DNA of 64,000 nt from Felis catus (lineage: Eukaryota). The notes below the pieces were generated by a model, which was given only the letters and a program-made list of their open reading frames with translations, was not told where the DNA came from and ran no database searches. Below are positions 35,257 to 46,920 of this stretch, in pieces (the first letter of the stretch is position 1; each line of letters begins with the position of its first letter). Made by a program: the position numbers and the translations under genes. The stretch lies in contig NC_058368.1 in the NCBI RefSeq assembly GCF_018350175.1, positions 99,326,001 to 99,390,000 on the forward strand, given 5' to 3'.

Positions 35257-35386
35257 AAAAGGTTATCTTTGTTGTCACTCTCGCATGTGTGCATTCGGGA
35301 GTGTGAATGCCCTTCTGTGTTTGTGGTAATAATTTCAGAAGCAATTTGTTGCTTCAAAGATGATGATGATTTTGAAGTATGCATAC

Positions 35387-35735
35387 CTCTGTTACTGGCT
35401 TCTTTTGCTCGACATAATGCCCTCAAGATTCATCCACTTATGTGAAGTATCTAAGGTAGTCAAACTCAAGAAATACAAAGTAGAATGAATGGTGGTTTCC
35501 AGGGGCTGGAAGAAGAAACTGAGTGCTGACTGTTCAATGTGTTCAGAGTTTCAGTCAAGCAACATGAGAGTTCTGGATTCTCTTGGGCTTAGAGTTGACA
35601 GAACTGTACTGTACAATGACATTGACTATACTCTCCACCTAAAAATTTGTTAAAGGGGTAAATCTTATGGATTGTGGAGGTTTTCTTTTTAATGACAATT
35701 AAAAGGTAAAAAATAAAAATAAGTAAAAAAGAAAA
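35387..35735 (+). mobile_element. Old L1 (L1MA10/L1MB-like) 3' end with 5' inversion
   Basis: Sense CCACTTATGTGAAGTATCTAAGGTAGTCAAACTC..GGTGGTTTCCAGGGGCTGG preceded by antisense ACTGGCTT..CATAATGCCCTCAAGATTCATCCA. Confidence 0.8.
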
Positions 35736-35742
35736 GTGTTGA

Positions 35743-35955
35743 GGGGGGGGGCGCCTGGGTGGCTCATTTGTTTGAGTCTGATTTTTGATTTCGGCTCAGA
35801 ACATGACCTCATTGTTCATGAATTCGAGCCCATATCGGGCTCTGTGCTGGCAGGGCAGAGCCTGCTTGGGATTCCCTCTCTCCCTCTCCATATGCCTCTG
35901 CCCTAGCTCTCTCTTGCTGTCTCAAAATAAAGAAAAACTTAAAAAAGAAAAAGAA
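35743..35955 (+). mobile_element. Can-SINE
   Basis: G-run plus GCGCCTGGGTGGCTCA head, A-rich tail. Confidence 0.92.
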
Positions 35956-35998
35956 AACAGACAGTGTTCCTGCCGGAGTAAACAGTGCTGCAAACCCA

Positions 35999-36000
<2 letters not shown>

Positions 36001-36075
<75 letters not shown>
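36001..36075. repeat. Compound (AT)n(AC)n microsatellite
   Basis: About 22 AT units followed by about 14 AC units. Confidence 0.97.
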
Positions 36076-36077
<2 letters not shown>

Positions 36078-36104
36078 TTTATATATGTGTATATATTTAT
36101 AATT

Positions 36105-36291
36105 TTTTTCTTTTAACATTTATTTATTTTTGAGACAGAGAGAGACAGAGCATGAATGGGGGAGGGTCAGAGACAGAGGGAGACACAGAATCCAAAACAG
36201 GCTCCAGGCTCTGAGCTGTCAGCACAGAGCCTGACGAGAGATCATGAGCTGAAGTCGGACGGTCAACCGACTGAGTCACCCAGGCACCACC
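36105..36291 (-). mobile_element. Can-SINE, internally deleted
   Basis: TSD AAACCCAGGA at 35992-36001 and 36293-36302 encloses the microsatellite. Confidence 0.93.
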
Positions 36292-37227
36292 TAAACCCAG
36301 GAAATTTGAAGGCACATAAATTATCAGAGTGTAACTGGTTTACAACCTGCAGTAGCCATCTAGCTTCTGAACGGCCCTTTCTGTCTCAGTAACTGACATT
36401 TCATCAGGAGGATAAATACATTTGTGCCCCCCAAAAAATAATTTGATGATCTTGATAATGCATATGATAATCATATATAATAAATTAGTTTAATTTACAA
36501 ATGATGACATTTAAAGAAGAGGAACCCAACTGTAACAAAGGAAGATGCATAAGCCTAAGTGAGATGTGAGACACTTGCTTTTTATTAGAAAAAGGGAATT
36601 GTCAGTGCCAGGAAAATGAATTTGTAAGGAAACCTCTGTAGACGATTACGCTGGGATAACTTGAAATATATGCAGTGCCTGTATATGTTTGCAGATTTCT
36701 GCAATCCTGCACAACAAGTATACGGAGCCCTCTCACACCTATTATAGCCGTCACCTGTACAGTCCACTTAAAGTAAGGTCACTAAATGTGGCTTGAGCCG
36801 AAGGTTAACACATGTCATAAGATTTGCTTGAGTCATCAGGTCTTGTACTATGGGGAAAAAAAATCCATCTTTGAAAAGAGTTTGAATAGTCACATGGTGG
36901 CATCTGCTATAAGAATTTTCTTCATTAATCATTCATTTCAAGGACCAACGTCTTCATTTCCCATTCAATTGCCATATCACGCTTATGACCCTGAAAATGT
37001 CAGTATCTCGTTCTTTCGCCTTGTTGCCCTGGGGTTAGAGAATACTGAAGTTGTAACTCTGCTCTGTTGGAAGAATTACAAAGGCAATGTGTAGTAAATT
37101 TTAGTCTTGCTGGTAATACTGTATTTCTCAAAGAAAGTATCTAAGAAAAATGATTATATATATTTGGTGGCACTAGTTTCATCATGTACATTCCTTTACT
37201 TTTCAACTGTTGAAATACAAAATGTGT

Positions 37228-37415
37228 GGGGTGCCTGGGTGGCTCAGTTAATTGAGCTTCTGACTCGATTTTGGCTCAGGTCATGATCCCAGGGTCGTGG
37301 GGTCGAGCCCCACATTAGGCTCCATGCTGAGCAGGGAACCTGCTTAAGATGCACTCTCCCCCTCTGCCCCTCTCCCCTACGTGCATGATCTCTTGCTAAA
37401 ATAAACATAAAAAGT
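37228..37415 (+). mobile_element. Can-SINE (older subfamily)
   Basis: GGTCATGATCCCAGGGTCGTGGGGTCGAGCCCC..CCTGCTTAAGAT. Confidence 0.93.
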
Positions 37416-37512
37416 AACATTCTCATGTGGAACAATTCTGTTTCAGTGTCACCTTGGTACACGATGACACCTATAAACTCAGGAGCCTGGGTTTTAATCC
37501 TTTATCACTTTC

Positions 37513-38031
37513 TGTACCAGTTATCAATTACTGTGTAACAATTCACCCCAGTACTTACTACCTAAGAACAGAAAAAAAAAGTTTATCATCTCACAGTTTA
37601 TTTTCTGTGGATGAGTAATGTGCAAACAGTTTAGCTAAGTGGTTTTAGTTCAGGATATCTCAAAGGTGTGCAATCTATATATTGACTGAGGCTACAGTTA
37701 ATTTAAGGCTTGTCTAGGTTGGAGAGTGTGTGTTTCCAAGCTAACTCATGTAGCCCTTTCCACAGGGCTGGCTCGGACCATGGCAACTGACTTGCCCCAG
37801 AGCAAAAGAGTCAAATAGAGTAAGAGAGCTTGCAAGAGAGACACTACAGTCTTTTACAATCTAATCTTAGGAGTGACTTTTGATCACTTCTGCCATGTCT
37901 TTTGTTGTTGCTGATGTTGTTAGAAGAAAGTCAGTAAATCCAACCCAAACTCAGGGGGAGCAATTACACAAGGGTGTGAATATTAGGAGGGAGAGATCAC
38001 TGAGGGTTGTTTTAGATCTTGGTCCCTACCG
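37513..38031 (-). mobile_element. MaLR solo LTR (MLT1F/G-like) splitting a MIR
   Basis: TGTACCAGTTATCAATTACTGTGTAACAA..ATCACTTCTGCCAT..TACACAAGGGTGTGAATATTAGGAGG; MIR pieces at about 37480-37512 and 38032-38165. Confidence 0.85.
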
Positions 38032-39535
38032 TCCTTAGAACATGTCACTTTTTTTGGGTTTTTTTTTCTTGCATAATAGGACTAATGATACTAGTCTCAC
38101 TTAAATGAATTGGTCTTTGTAAAGCATACAGAGCAGAGTAAGCTCTCAATAAGTGTCACTGTGATAAGGACTTCTTTTGCCTGAGTCTCTCTTATCTTTA
38201 GTCCTAATTTCTCTGTCTAGCTTCAGGTTTTCTCTGCTTCCATCACTTCTCCTTTTAGGCCACCAGACTATTTTTATTGAAACACAACATTTATTGTTCA
38301 CTTGTATGATTTAGACTCAGAATAAAGTCTCTCTCACAAAGTTTACACCCTACCTTTCACTGTCTTTTATAATCTGGTCTCTATTTCTCAGGTACCCAAA
38401 CAGACTTGGTTTTAATTGGGGGAGTATCCTGATTTTCCTTGTATCACACTGGGTTTTGCTTTTTCCCATAGTTTTGTCTACATTAAGTCTTTAATGCAAG
38501 TCTCCCTAATACTGCTTTTTTAGCACTATGAAGACAATGTTGAACAAGGTAATGCTTGTCCTTAGGGAACTTCTGATTTCATGGAAAAACAGCGACATAA
38601 TGGAAGATTATGATGGAGTAGGGTACATTTTTCCAATAGGTAATGGGCATTGCTGCTACAGAAAATCCATGTTAACACATCATAACCTAGGTTAAGGATT
38701 AAAGAGTACATCCTGAAAGCAGTTACATTTAATATTATTAGATGGGAAGGAGAAGAGGAGATAACTAGTCAAAAAGTATAAGAACTGATGGGTTGGGAGA
38801 AATGACGGATGGAAAAGCAATTTTAGGGCGTATGCAAATAAAACGCTAGTCACTAGTTTCATTTGAATAGGTTATACTTAACCAATGTGATTATAACTAA
38901 CCCATCTAGTAAGAAAATTCTTCCTAATTCTCCTCCATATCTTCCACTCCTAGATTCAGACACAATAGACGTTGCATAGTGAGAGCTTAACAAAATACTC
39001 ATTTGATTAATTTAGTGTTAATGAGAGATTCTCCTTCAGGCTGTGCTCATATTCCACATTATCTGATGATTTTTCATAAGCGATTAAAACATGTATTAAT
39101 AGGAACACGACACTGTAACTTTCAGTATCCCTAATGATTTTGTGTTTATTTCTATGATAGTGTATATACCTATAATAATTTTAAGAAAATATAATTTCCA
39201 GTGGGGGTTCATTTTAGATTGTGGTACTATGCAAGGAACCTTACAAGTCTAAGTCCATTTTAAAGAGGGAGTTCTCTGCATTTGCCTTTTACTCTAGTTT
39301 GCCATTTTTATATGATGACTTTGGAGTCAGACTGTCTGGGTTCAACGTAGAGGTAGCTAGATAAATGAGTATATTTTATATTGAGGAATAACTAACATAT
39401 AACATTTTATGAGATTCAGGTATACAACCTAATGTTTTGATCATTGTATATATTGGGAAGTGATGATCACAGAGTCTAGTGAACAGTGGTCATCACACCA
39501 TTACAATGTGTTTTTTTTTCTTGCAATGAGAACTT

Positions 39536-39736
39536 AAAAAAAAGATGTTTATTTTTGAGAGAGAATGAGCTAAAGCATGTGTGGAGGAGAGGCAGAGGGG
39601 GCGGAGAGAACGAATCCCCAGCAGGCACTGAGCTAAGACCCCCACATGGAGGCTCCCTCTAATGAATTTTGAGATTATGACCTTAGCCGAAATCCAAAGT
39701 CATATGATTAACCGACCAGGCCACCCAGGTGCCACA
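39536..39736 (-). mobile_element. Can-SINE
   Basis: TSD CTTG(CA/GG)ATGAGAACTT at 39520-39535 and 39737-39752. Confidence 0.9.
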
Positions 39737-40121
39737 CTTGGGATGAGAACTTTTAAGATCTCTCTTAGCAACTTTCAAATATACATATGGCATTATTAAC
39801 TTTAGTCATCATGCTCTACATTATAATCCCAAGACATACATATTTTATTATTGGAAATTTGAACTGGAACTTTGAACCTCTTCAACCGTTTCACCCACAC
39901 TTCCTTATCCCTAGCTCTTATAATCACCAATCTATTATCTGTATCTATAAACTCAGATTTTTGTTTTCTGGATTTTTTTTTAGATGCTCTATATAAGTTA
40001 GTAGATACGGTATTTGTCTTTCTCTGCCTGACTTATTCTATGTATCATAATGCCCTCCAGTTTCACCCATATTGTCACTAATGGCAAGATTTCGTTATTT
40101 GTTACAGCTGAATAACATTCC

Positions 40122-40123
<2 letters not shown>

Positions 40124-40155
<32 letters not shown>
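40124..40155. repeat. (TG)n microsatellite inside L1
   Basis: About 16 TG units. Confidence 0.95.
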
Positions 40156-40156
<1 letters not shown>

Positions 40157-40350
40157 ACATGTGTTTGTAACAATTTCTTTATTCATTCCTCTATTGGTGG
40201 ACACTTAGGTTGTTTACATACCTTGGTTATTGTAGACAATGCTGCAGTGAACACTGGGGTGCATTATTCTTTTGGAGTTAGCATTTTCATTTTCTTTGCA
40301 AAATAGCCAGAAGAAGACTTAATGGATCATATGGTAATTCTATTATTTTT

Positions 40351-40570
40351 TTTTAATTTTTTTTCAACGTTTTTTATTTATTTTTGGGACAGAGAGAGAC
40401 AGAGCATGAACAGGGGAGGAGCAGAGAGAGAGGGAGATACAGAATCGGAAACAGGCTCCAGGCTCCGAGCCATCAGCCCAGAGCCCGACGCGGGGCTGGA
40501 ACTCACGGACCGCGAGATCGTGACCTGGCTGATGTCGGACGTTTAACCGACTGCGCCACCCAGGCGCCCC
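40351..40570 (-). mobile_element. Young SINEC_Fc-type SINE
   Basis: Near-consensus; TATTATTTTT on both flanks; sits in the tail of the next SINE. Confidence 0.96.
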
Positions 40571-40574
40571 GATA

Positions 40575-40596
40575 TTATTTTTAATGTTTACTTATT

Positions 40597-40656
<60 letters not shown>

Positions 40657-40802
40657 TGGGGGAGGGACAGAGAGCGAGGTAGACACAGAATCCAGAGCAG
40701 GCTTCCGCATAGAGCCCGATGTGGGGCTCAAATTCATCAACTGTCAAATCATAACCCGATCCAAAGTCAGACACTTAACTGACTGAACCAGCCAGGCACC
40801 CC
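40575..40802 (-). mobile_element. Can-SINE with long (GA)n
   Basis: (GA)n at 40600-40651; CCAGGCACCCC head. Confidence 0.94.
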
Positions 40803-41507
40803 TAGTAGTTTCTATTTGTAATGGTTTGAGGAACCTCTGTACTATTTTCCATAGTGCTCCACAATTGTACATTTCTACCAACAGTACATGCGGGTTTCCT
40901 TTTCTCCATATCCTCACCAATACTTGTTATTTCTTCTCTTTTTAATAATAGCCATTTTAATGAGTATGAAGTGAAATCTCATTGCAGTTTTGATTTAGTT
41001 CCCTGATGATCAGTGATGTTGAGCATCTCTTCACATAACTGTTGGCCATCTGTGTGTCTATTCAGATCTTTTGCCTGTTTTAAATTAGATTGTTTTTTGG
41101 CGATTGAGTTCTATGAGTTCTTTATATACTTTGTATATTAACCTTTTCTCAAGTATAAGATTTGCAAATAATTTCTTAAATTTGGTTGCCTTTTTATTTA
41201 TTTATTTTTTGATGATTTCCTTTGCTGGGCAGAAGCTTTTCAGTCCGATTTAGTTTCACTGTACTTTTGCTTCTGCTGTCTTTGCCTAAATATTTTAAGA
41301 TAAGTTATTTAACCTCTCAGTCTCACTATTTTCATATCTAAAACGGAAGTAAAACGGCCACTTTATGAAGTTTTAATAATTACATCATGTAATGCACTTG
41401 GCACTGTGAAGGTATCTCCAGCCTAAAATGCATGATTTAATGAGCATTTATGGTGTTGAAGAAATTTTGACTTAGTATCCATTGTTTTTATCTCAGGGTG
41501 ATGCTGA

Positions 41508-41950
41508 ATTCATTCATTCATTCATTCATTCATTCACTCAGACATCTATTCATTTATTATAAATCTGTCTATTCATTTATTATTATAAGATAGAGTATCT
41601 ACCATGTGCCAGGCTTCTGTTGGGTGCTAGTGAGGCAGAGACAGATAATAAACATTCCCTGCCCTGTAGTTGCTTATAGGATACAATGTAGAATCAATAT
41701 TGGGGCTGTCAGATGGAACAGTTTGGCAAATGTGGTAATAGAGCCAGTGTGGTGGTGTAAAGAAAAGTTGATCGACTTTGTTTTAGGAGGAATAAGGCAA
41801 GAAATGCTTCCTGGAGTAAAAGCATGTTTGATCTGAGTCTCAAACAATAGGAATTTACCATGAAGAACATACAAGGAAATCCATTCCCAAAAGAGGAAAA
41901 GTGTATAAAGAATACCCAGGTAGCATGGTGATTGTAAAAACTATAAATAG
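41508..41950 (-). mobile_element. L2 3' end with (TTCA)n tail
   Basis: (ATTC)n then GAGTATCTACCATGTGCCAGGC..GGTGCTAG..TCCCTGCCCT. Confidence 0.8.
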
Positions 41951-42101
41951 TTTGGTATGGATAAATACTGAATTCAGGCATGATGTTTTGTTTTAGGAAA
42001 TATGTGCGTGTTGTCTATTATGCATGGCATCATTCTTCCTGTGTGCATCAAAACACTGTGTCTCTTCAGTCATATTCTTGTCATCGTTTCATCCTAGTTC
42101 T

Positions 42102-42311
42102 GTTTTTTTAAAGGTTTATTTATTTTGAAAGAGACAGATAGACAGCGAGTAGGGGAGGGGCAAAGAGCGAGGGAGAGACAGAGAATCTTAAGCAGGCTCC
42201 CGGGGTCAGCACAGAGCCTGACATGCGGCTCAAACTTGCAAACTGTGAGATTACGACCTGAGCCGAAATCAAGAATCGAATGCTTAACCTACTGAGCCAC
42301 CCAGGGACCCC
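42102..42311 (-). mobile_element. Can-SINE
   Basis: ATCC(T/C)AGTTC on both flanks; full body. Confidence 0.94.
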
Positions 42312-42870
42312 TTTATCCCAGTTCCTAATATCTTTAAGGCAACATCCAAATTTAACACAGGTTAAAAATAATATCTGATAAGGAGACTATGGGTGAATTT
42401 CTGTGACAGCACTTTCTTCTCTTCTTCCTGTGTTTATAACACGCATTTGGGCAGGATAGGGAATAGGTAGTGTCCAGGGAGGGCAAAGGCATGGATGGGA
42501 GTGGGCAGGTTATTTAGTAAATAAATAACAGAGTTCTGGTGAGCCAGAACTACCATAAAAGCAGCATCATTTACTCTTGGAATAGGGACAGAGTGGAATG
42601 ACCTGCTCCATTCTGAAGATGAGCTGTAAACTCTGTTTGTCTCAGTCATTTTGGACCGGTTACATTTACTACTGTGGAAATAAATACAAAATAACATTCA
42701 CCCTTTAAAAAACATACATAAGGCAGAATCTAAATGAATAAAAAGAGAGGTGTCAAATTTAAATTGCTGAAAACAGCTGAAGCAAGAAACTATTGTCTTT
42801 TGAAATAAAGACTAGTGTCTTTGTAAGAACAAATAACAATGCCTACTGGGCTGATTAAAAAAAAAAACCT

Positions 42871-43082
42871 GGGTGCCTGGGTGGCTCCATTGGTTAAGCA
42901 TCCGACTTTGGCTCAGGTCATGATCTCACGGTTCCTGAGTTCGAGCCCCACATCGGGCTCTGTGCTGACAGCTTGGAGCCTGGAACCTGCTTCAGATTCT
43001 GTGACTCCCTCTCTCTCTGCCCCTCCCCCACTCGCACTCTGTCTCTGTCTCTCTCAAAAATAAATAAAACATTAAAAAAAAA
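42871..43082 (+). mobile_element. Can-SINE
   Basis: Full body and AATAAA/poly-A tail. Confidence 0.95.
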
Positions 43083-43996
43083 CCCTACATTTTGTCATAC
43101 TCGCAAAAAAAGATGTTTTACTGCCAATGTAGACGTAGCAGTGAAATATAGCTGTCCCCTCCTGCCATACCTCCAAAAGCAAGCAGACAATCTTGTGTGT
43201 TTCAGGGATAACTATGCTTACCTCTACAATGCCATCAGTATAGCTCAGAAAATGGACATTAAATACATTTAGAAATAGCATAAACACTTTACAACTTGTG
43301 AACTGGGAAAGTGTAAATAGGCCTTATCTGCGTAGCTGAAATAAAATTGAATCTTCAGTATGTTCTTTTAATACAAATTAAAGCAATTCATGGTCTTTCA
43401 AATGAATTTAAGCTGTAAGCATGATGGATGATAGGTAGCTATTTATAACCATATTTTAGTCCCAATTTATATATCACATGACTTCATTTTGAACAGCAAA
43501 ATATCACTAAATAAACTGATAAACATTATTGAGTTTGTGTCTTTCTTTCTTGATCTCAATGATCACATCTTAGGTTTGTGGATTTAGAAAACACAGAATT
43601 TTATTGTAAACTAATTTTATAAAAATGTTGCCATAATATTCTTAAAATAACGGACATTTTAAGTTAACTTGTATGGGTCTAGGCTTCGAGTGCGTCTTAA
43701 AATATTGCATTGATGTTTAAAAAAACTATTGATACAATGATTTATAAGACCTATTTCAGATAATGTCACTTTGGAAATATTCATTTTAGTAACTACAAAT
43801 AAAGTACAAAGAGACTTCCACACATTGGGTTGAGACTTCCTGATTCACTATGTATAAGACTGTTTTGCAGAAGTAAAAATAAATCTCTAGATATGTCCAT
43901 TTATAATTGGTTTTTTGGAACTTGGTTGCTTAGTATCTATACTGTGACTCAAAAGAGACCTAGCACATAAAGTGGGCTTTTAAAGAAAAAAAAATA

Positions 43997-44232
43997 GGGG
44001 TACCTGGGTTGCTCAGTCAGTTGAGCATCCGACTTTGGCTCAGGTCATGATCTCACAGCTTTTGAGTTCAAGCTCCACGTCCGACTCTGTGCTGACAGCT
44101 CAGAGCTTGGAGCATGCTTTGGATTCTGCGTCCCCCTCTCTCTCTGCCCCTGCCCCCTTTGCGCTCTCTCTCTCAAAAATAAATACACATTAAAACAAAA
44201 TGAAAAACTAATACAAAGAAAAAAAAAATAAA
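43997..44232 (+). mobile_element. Can-SINE
   Basis: GGGGTACCTGGGTTGCTCAG head; long A-rich tail. Confidence 0.94.
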
Positions 44233-44612
44233 CGTAAGTCACCCACTACTTGAATTATGAACAGTCTGGAAATGTCTAATACATAATAATGACTCTATTC
44301 ACTGTCTTTATTTCTCCATCCCATGCTGTCAGAATTGTTCCAGATAAGACCTGAACCAGCCTTATGCAATAAGAATAGGGCTACCTGTGGTCAATCCTTA
44401 GATCTCTAATCCAGAGTTTCTTACTGTATGTTTCTTCTCAGATATACTTCAGGTAATTCCCTTTTTTTTTTTTTTTTTTTTTTTTTACAGCTAGGTAGAT
44501 ATTTAAAGATATATAAGGAGTTAGAATATTGTCTTTATATTTCCCCATATAGTTGCTGTTTCTGCTACTTATTCATTTGTGTGGATCCATGTGTTCATCT
44601 GGCATCATTTCC

Positions 44613-44756
44613 TTTGAGAGACAGAGGGAGACACAGAATCTGAAGCAGGGTCCAGGCTCTGAGCTGTCAGCACAGAGGCTCTGGAACCCACAGACTGTGA
44701 GATCATGACCTGAGCTAAAGTTGGATGCCCAACCGACTCAGCCACCCAGGCGCCCC
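44613..44756 (-). mobile_element. Can-SINE, tail and internal segment lost
   Basis: GAGACACAGAATCTGAAGCAGG..CCAGGCGCCCC. Confidence 0.9.
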
Positions 44757-44773
44757 TTATTTATTCATTTTTT

Positions 44774-44990
44774 TTTTAATTTTTTTTCAACGTTTATTTA
44801 TTTTTGGGAAAGAGAGAGACAGAGCATGAACGGGGGAGGGGCAGAGAGAGAGGGAGACACAGAATCGGAAACAGGCTCCAGGCTCTGAGCCATCAGCCCA
44901 GAGCCCGACGCCGGGCTCGAACTCACAGACCGTGAGATCGTGACCTGGCTGAAGTCGGACGCTTAACCGACTGCGCCACCCAGGCTCCCC
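44774..44990 (-). mobile_element. Young SINEC_Fc-type SINE
   Basis: TSD TATTTATTCATTTTTT at 44758-44773 and 44991-45006. Confidence 0.96.
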
Positions 44991-45006
44991 TATTTATTCA
45001 TTTTTT

Positions 45007-45207
45007 AATGTTTACTTATTTTTGCGAGACAGAGATAGCCAGGGAACCTGCAGGGGAGGGGCAGAGAGGGAGGGAGACACAGACTCCAAAGCAGGCTCCA
45101 GGCTCCGAGCTGTCAGCACAGGGCCCGATGCGGGGCTCGAAGTCACGAACTGCAAGATCATGACCTGAACTGAAGTCAGACACTTAACCGACTGAGCCAC
45201 CTACCCC
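45007..45207 (-). mobile_element. Can-SINE
   Basis: GATCATGACCTGAACTGAAGTCAGACACTTAACCGACTGAGCCACC. Confidence 0.93.
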
Positions 45208-45283
45208 ATCTTGCATGTTTTCTAATAAGGAATTTATTATTTTATTTTTTTCTCTAGCTTCTAAGATTTTTTATATTTGTTAC

Positions 45284-45612
45284 TGTGTATTATTTGTCAA
45301 CTATTTAATAACAAATTACTCCAAAGTCTACTGGCTGAAAACAATGAATGTTTGTTACCTAATAGTTTATGTAAGTCAGGAATTTGGGCACAGCTTGAAT
45401 GGTGGGTGTGGTTTAAGTCTCTCATGAGTTTGTAGTCAAGTTCTCAGCTGTGATTGGGGCTTCACCTGAAGACTTGACTGGAGGAGATTCTTTTTCTAAG
45501 TTTTCTCACATGCTTATTGGTAGGCCTCAGAATATCTATCTCTACAATCATCCATGAGAAATCCCCCATAATGCTGCCTTATGATATGTCATCAATTTTC
45601 TTCACAGAGAGA
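45284..45612 (-). mobile_element. MaLR LTR fragment (MLT1F-like)
   Basis: TAACAAATTACTCCAAA..GTCAGGAATTTGGGCACAGCTTGAATGG..CTGAAGACTTGACTGG. Confidence 0.75.
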
Positions 45613-45614
45613 CA

Positions 45615-45780
45615 CTGAAGAACGGAAAGGGGACAGAGCCATATTTAAAGAAGTGATAGGCAAAGATGCATCAAATTTGATGAAATTATAAACAAATAGA
45701 TTCAAGAAAATTGAAGAAATAACTAGGGCAGGAAAGTAGCTTAAAAATATATTAGATCACATCATTATCAAGTTGTTTAT
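45615..45780 (+). mobile_element. Old L1 ORF1 fragment
   Basis: GCCATATTTAAAGAAGTGATAGGC..AAATTTGATGAAA..GATTCAAGAA..CACATCATTATCAAG recalls ORF1 IFEEIMAENFPNLMK..HIIIKL. Confidence 0.6.
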
Positions 45781-45814
45781 AATATATATACACACATTTA
45801 TACACACACATTAA

Positions 45815-46920
45815 TACATTTTGCTGCTTGGTGTTCACCACTCTTCATTGATATCATGTTTACTTTTTCTGTTTAATTTTCCTCTCTTATTTTATTTTGG
45901 ATACTTTCTGTTATTTTATTTTCAGGTTTATTCATATTTTTTTTTCCTCCAATATCTTATCTGCCACTTTATTTCAGCAAATGTATTTGCTATTTTTAAC
46001 TCCGTAAGTTTGATTTGTCTCTTTTTAACATATCTTGTGTCCCTAGCTAACACATTAAATCTTTACTCTAGCTTCTTGAGGGGCAGTTGAATAACTTTTA
46101 ATATTGCCCATGTCATTTCTGGTTTAGTTTGATCAGTTGGTTTCTCTTTTCATTATGAATTTTAATTGGATGCCAGACACTGTGAATTTTACCCTCTTGA
46201 GTGCGGATATTTTTGTATCCTCAAAAATATTCTCAAGCTTTATTCTGGCATATGGTTAAGTTACTTGGAAGCAGTTTCATAATTTGGGGTCTTATATTTA
46301 AGCTTTGTTATGTGAGACAAGAGCAATGTTTTGTCTAGCATTATTTTTTTTTTCTGACTCATAAGGCAGAATCCTTTTGAATTCTAGAAAGTTCTGTGAG
46401 TTAGGAGGATTTTCAGTCTAGCTGACAGAAGCAGGCACTTATCCCAGTCCTGTCTGATCTGTACATACTATTGTTTCTAAGTCTTTGGGGGTGGTTCTTT
46501 TCCTACTCTTGGAGTCGTTTGCTCATGTATACGTGCTGCTCAGTACCCAACTGAATCCGTGAGCACCCTGTGTAAATTTCCAGAGTTCCCTCTATGAGTA
46601 GTTCTCGCTTCTCGAATATTCTCCTTCAGAAAGTTCAGTTGCCTTGTTTTCTCTGGTCTCTCTCTCCTCAGGTCACGTAGATTATTGGGCTCTGTCTGGC
46701 TTCCAACTGCCTGAACCAAGATCTGTCGATTTACTTCAGGCATAGAGCTAGGACAGTTGTAAGTTTTACACGTCTATTTATCTCTCTCAGAGAGCATGAT
46801 CTCTAATTACCTCATTTCCAAAATGTTGAAGAGCATTGTTTCATCTATTTTGTCTGTATTTTTCATTGTTTCTGGCAAGAGGATCAATCAGGTCCCATGC
46901 TCATCTTGGCCACAGAAGAT
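45815..46920 (-). mobile_element. Old L1 5' region (L1MC/L1MD-type)
   Basis: ATTGGATGCCAGACACTGTGAATTTTACC..GGATATTTTTGTATCCT..AAATATTCT..GTTAAGTTACTTGGAA. Confidence 0.65.

Larger units (their letters stand above)
39372..41288 (-). mobile_element. L1MA9-like L1 (3'UTR plus ORF2 end) with three SINE insertions
   Basis: GATGAGAACTTTTAAGATCTCTCTTAGCAACTTTCAAATATAC; TTCTCCATATCCTCACCAATACTTG; GCAGAAGCTTTT; MIR halves on either side. Confidence 0.9.

Noticed and set aside
44440..44500. CAG|GTAATT followed by poly-T ACAG|CTAG|GTAGAT, resembling a micro-intron or microexon
   Set aside because: About 39 nt is below the minimum intron size, the second donor is weak, and the poly-T is probably a simple mononucleotide run.
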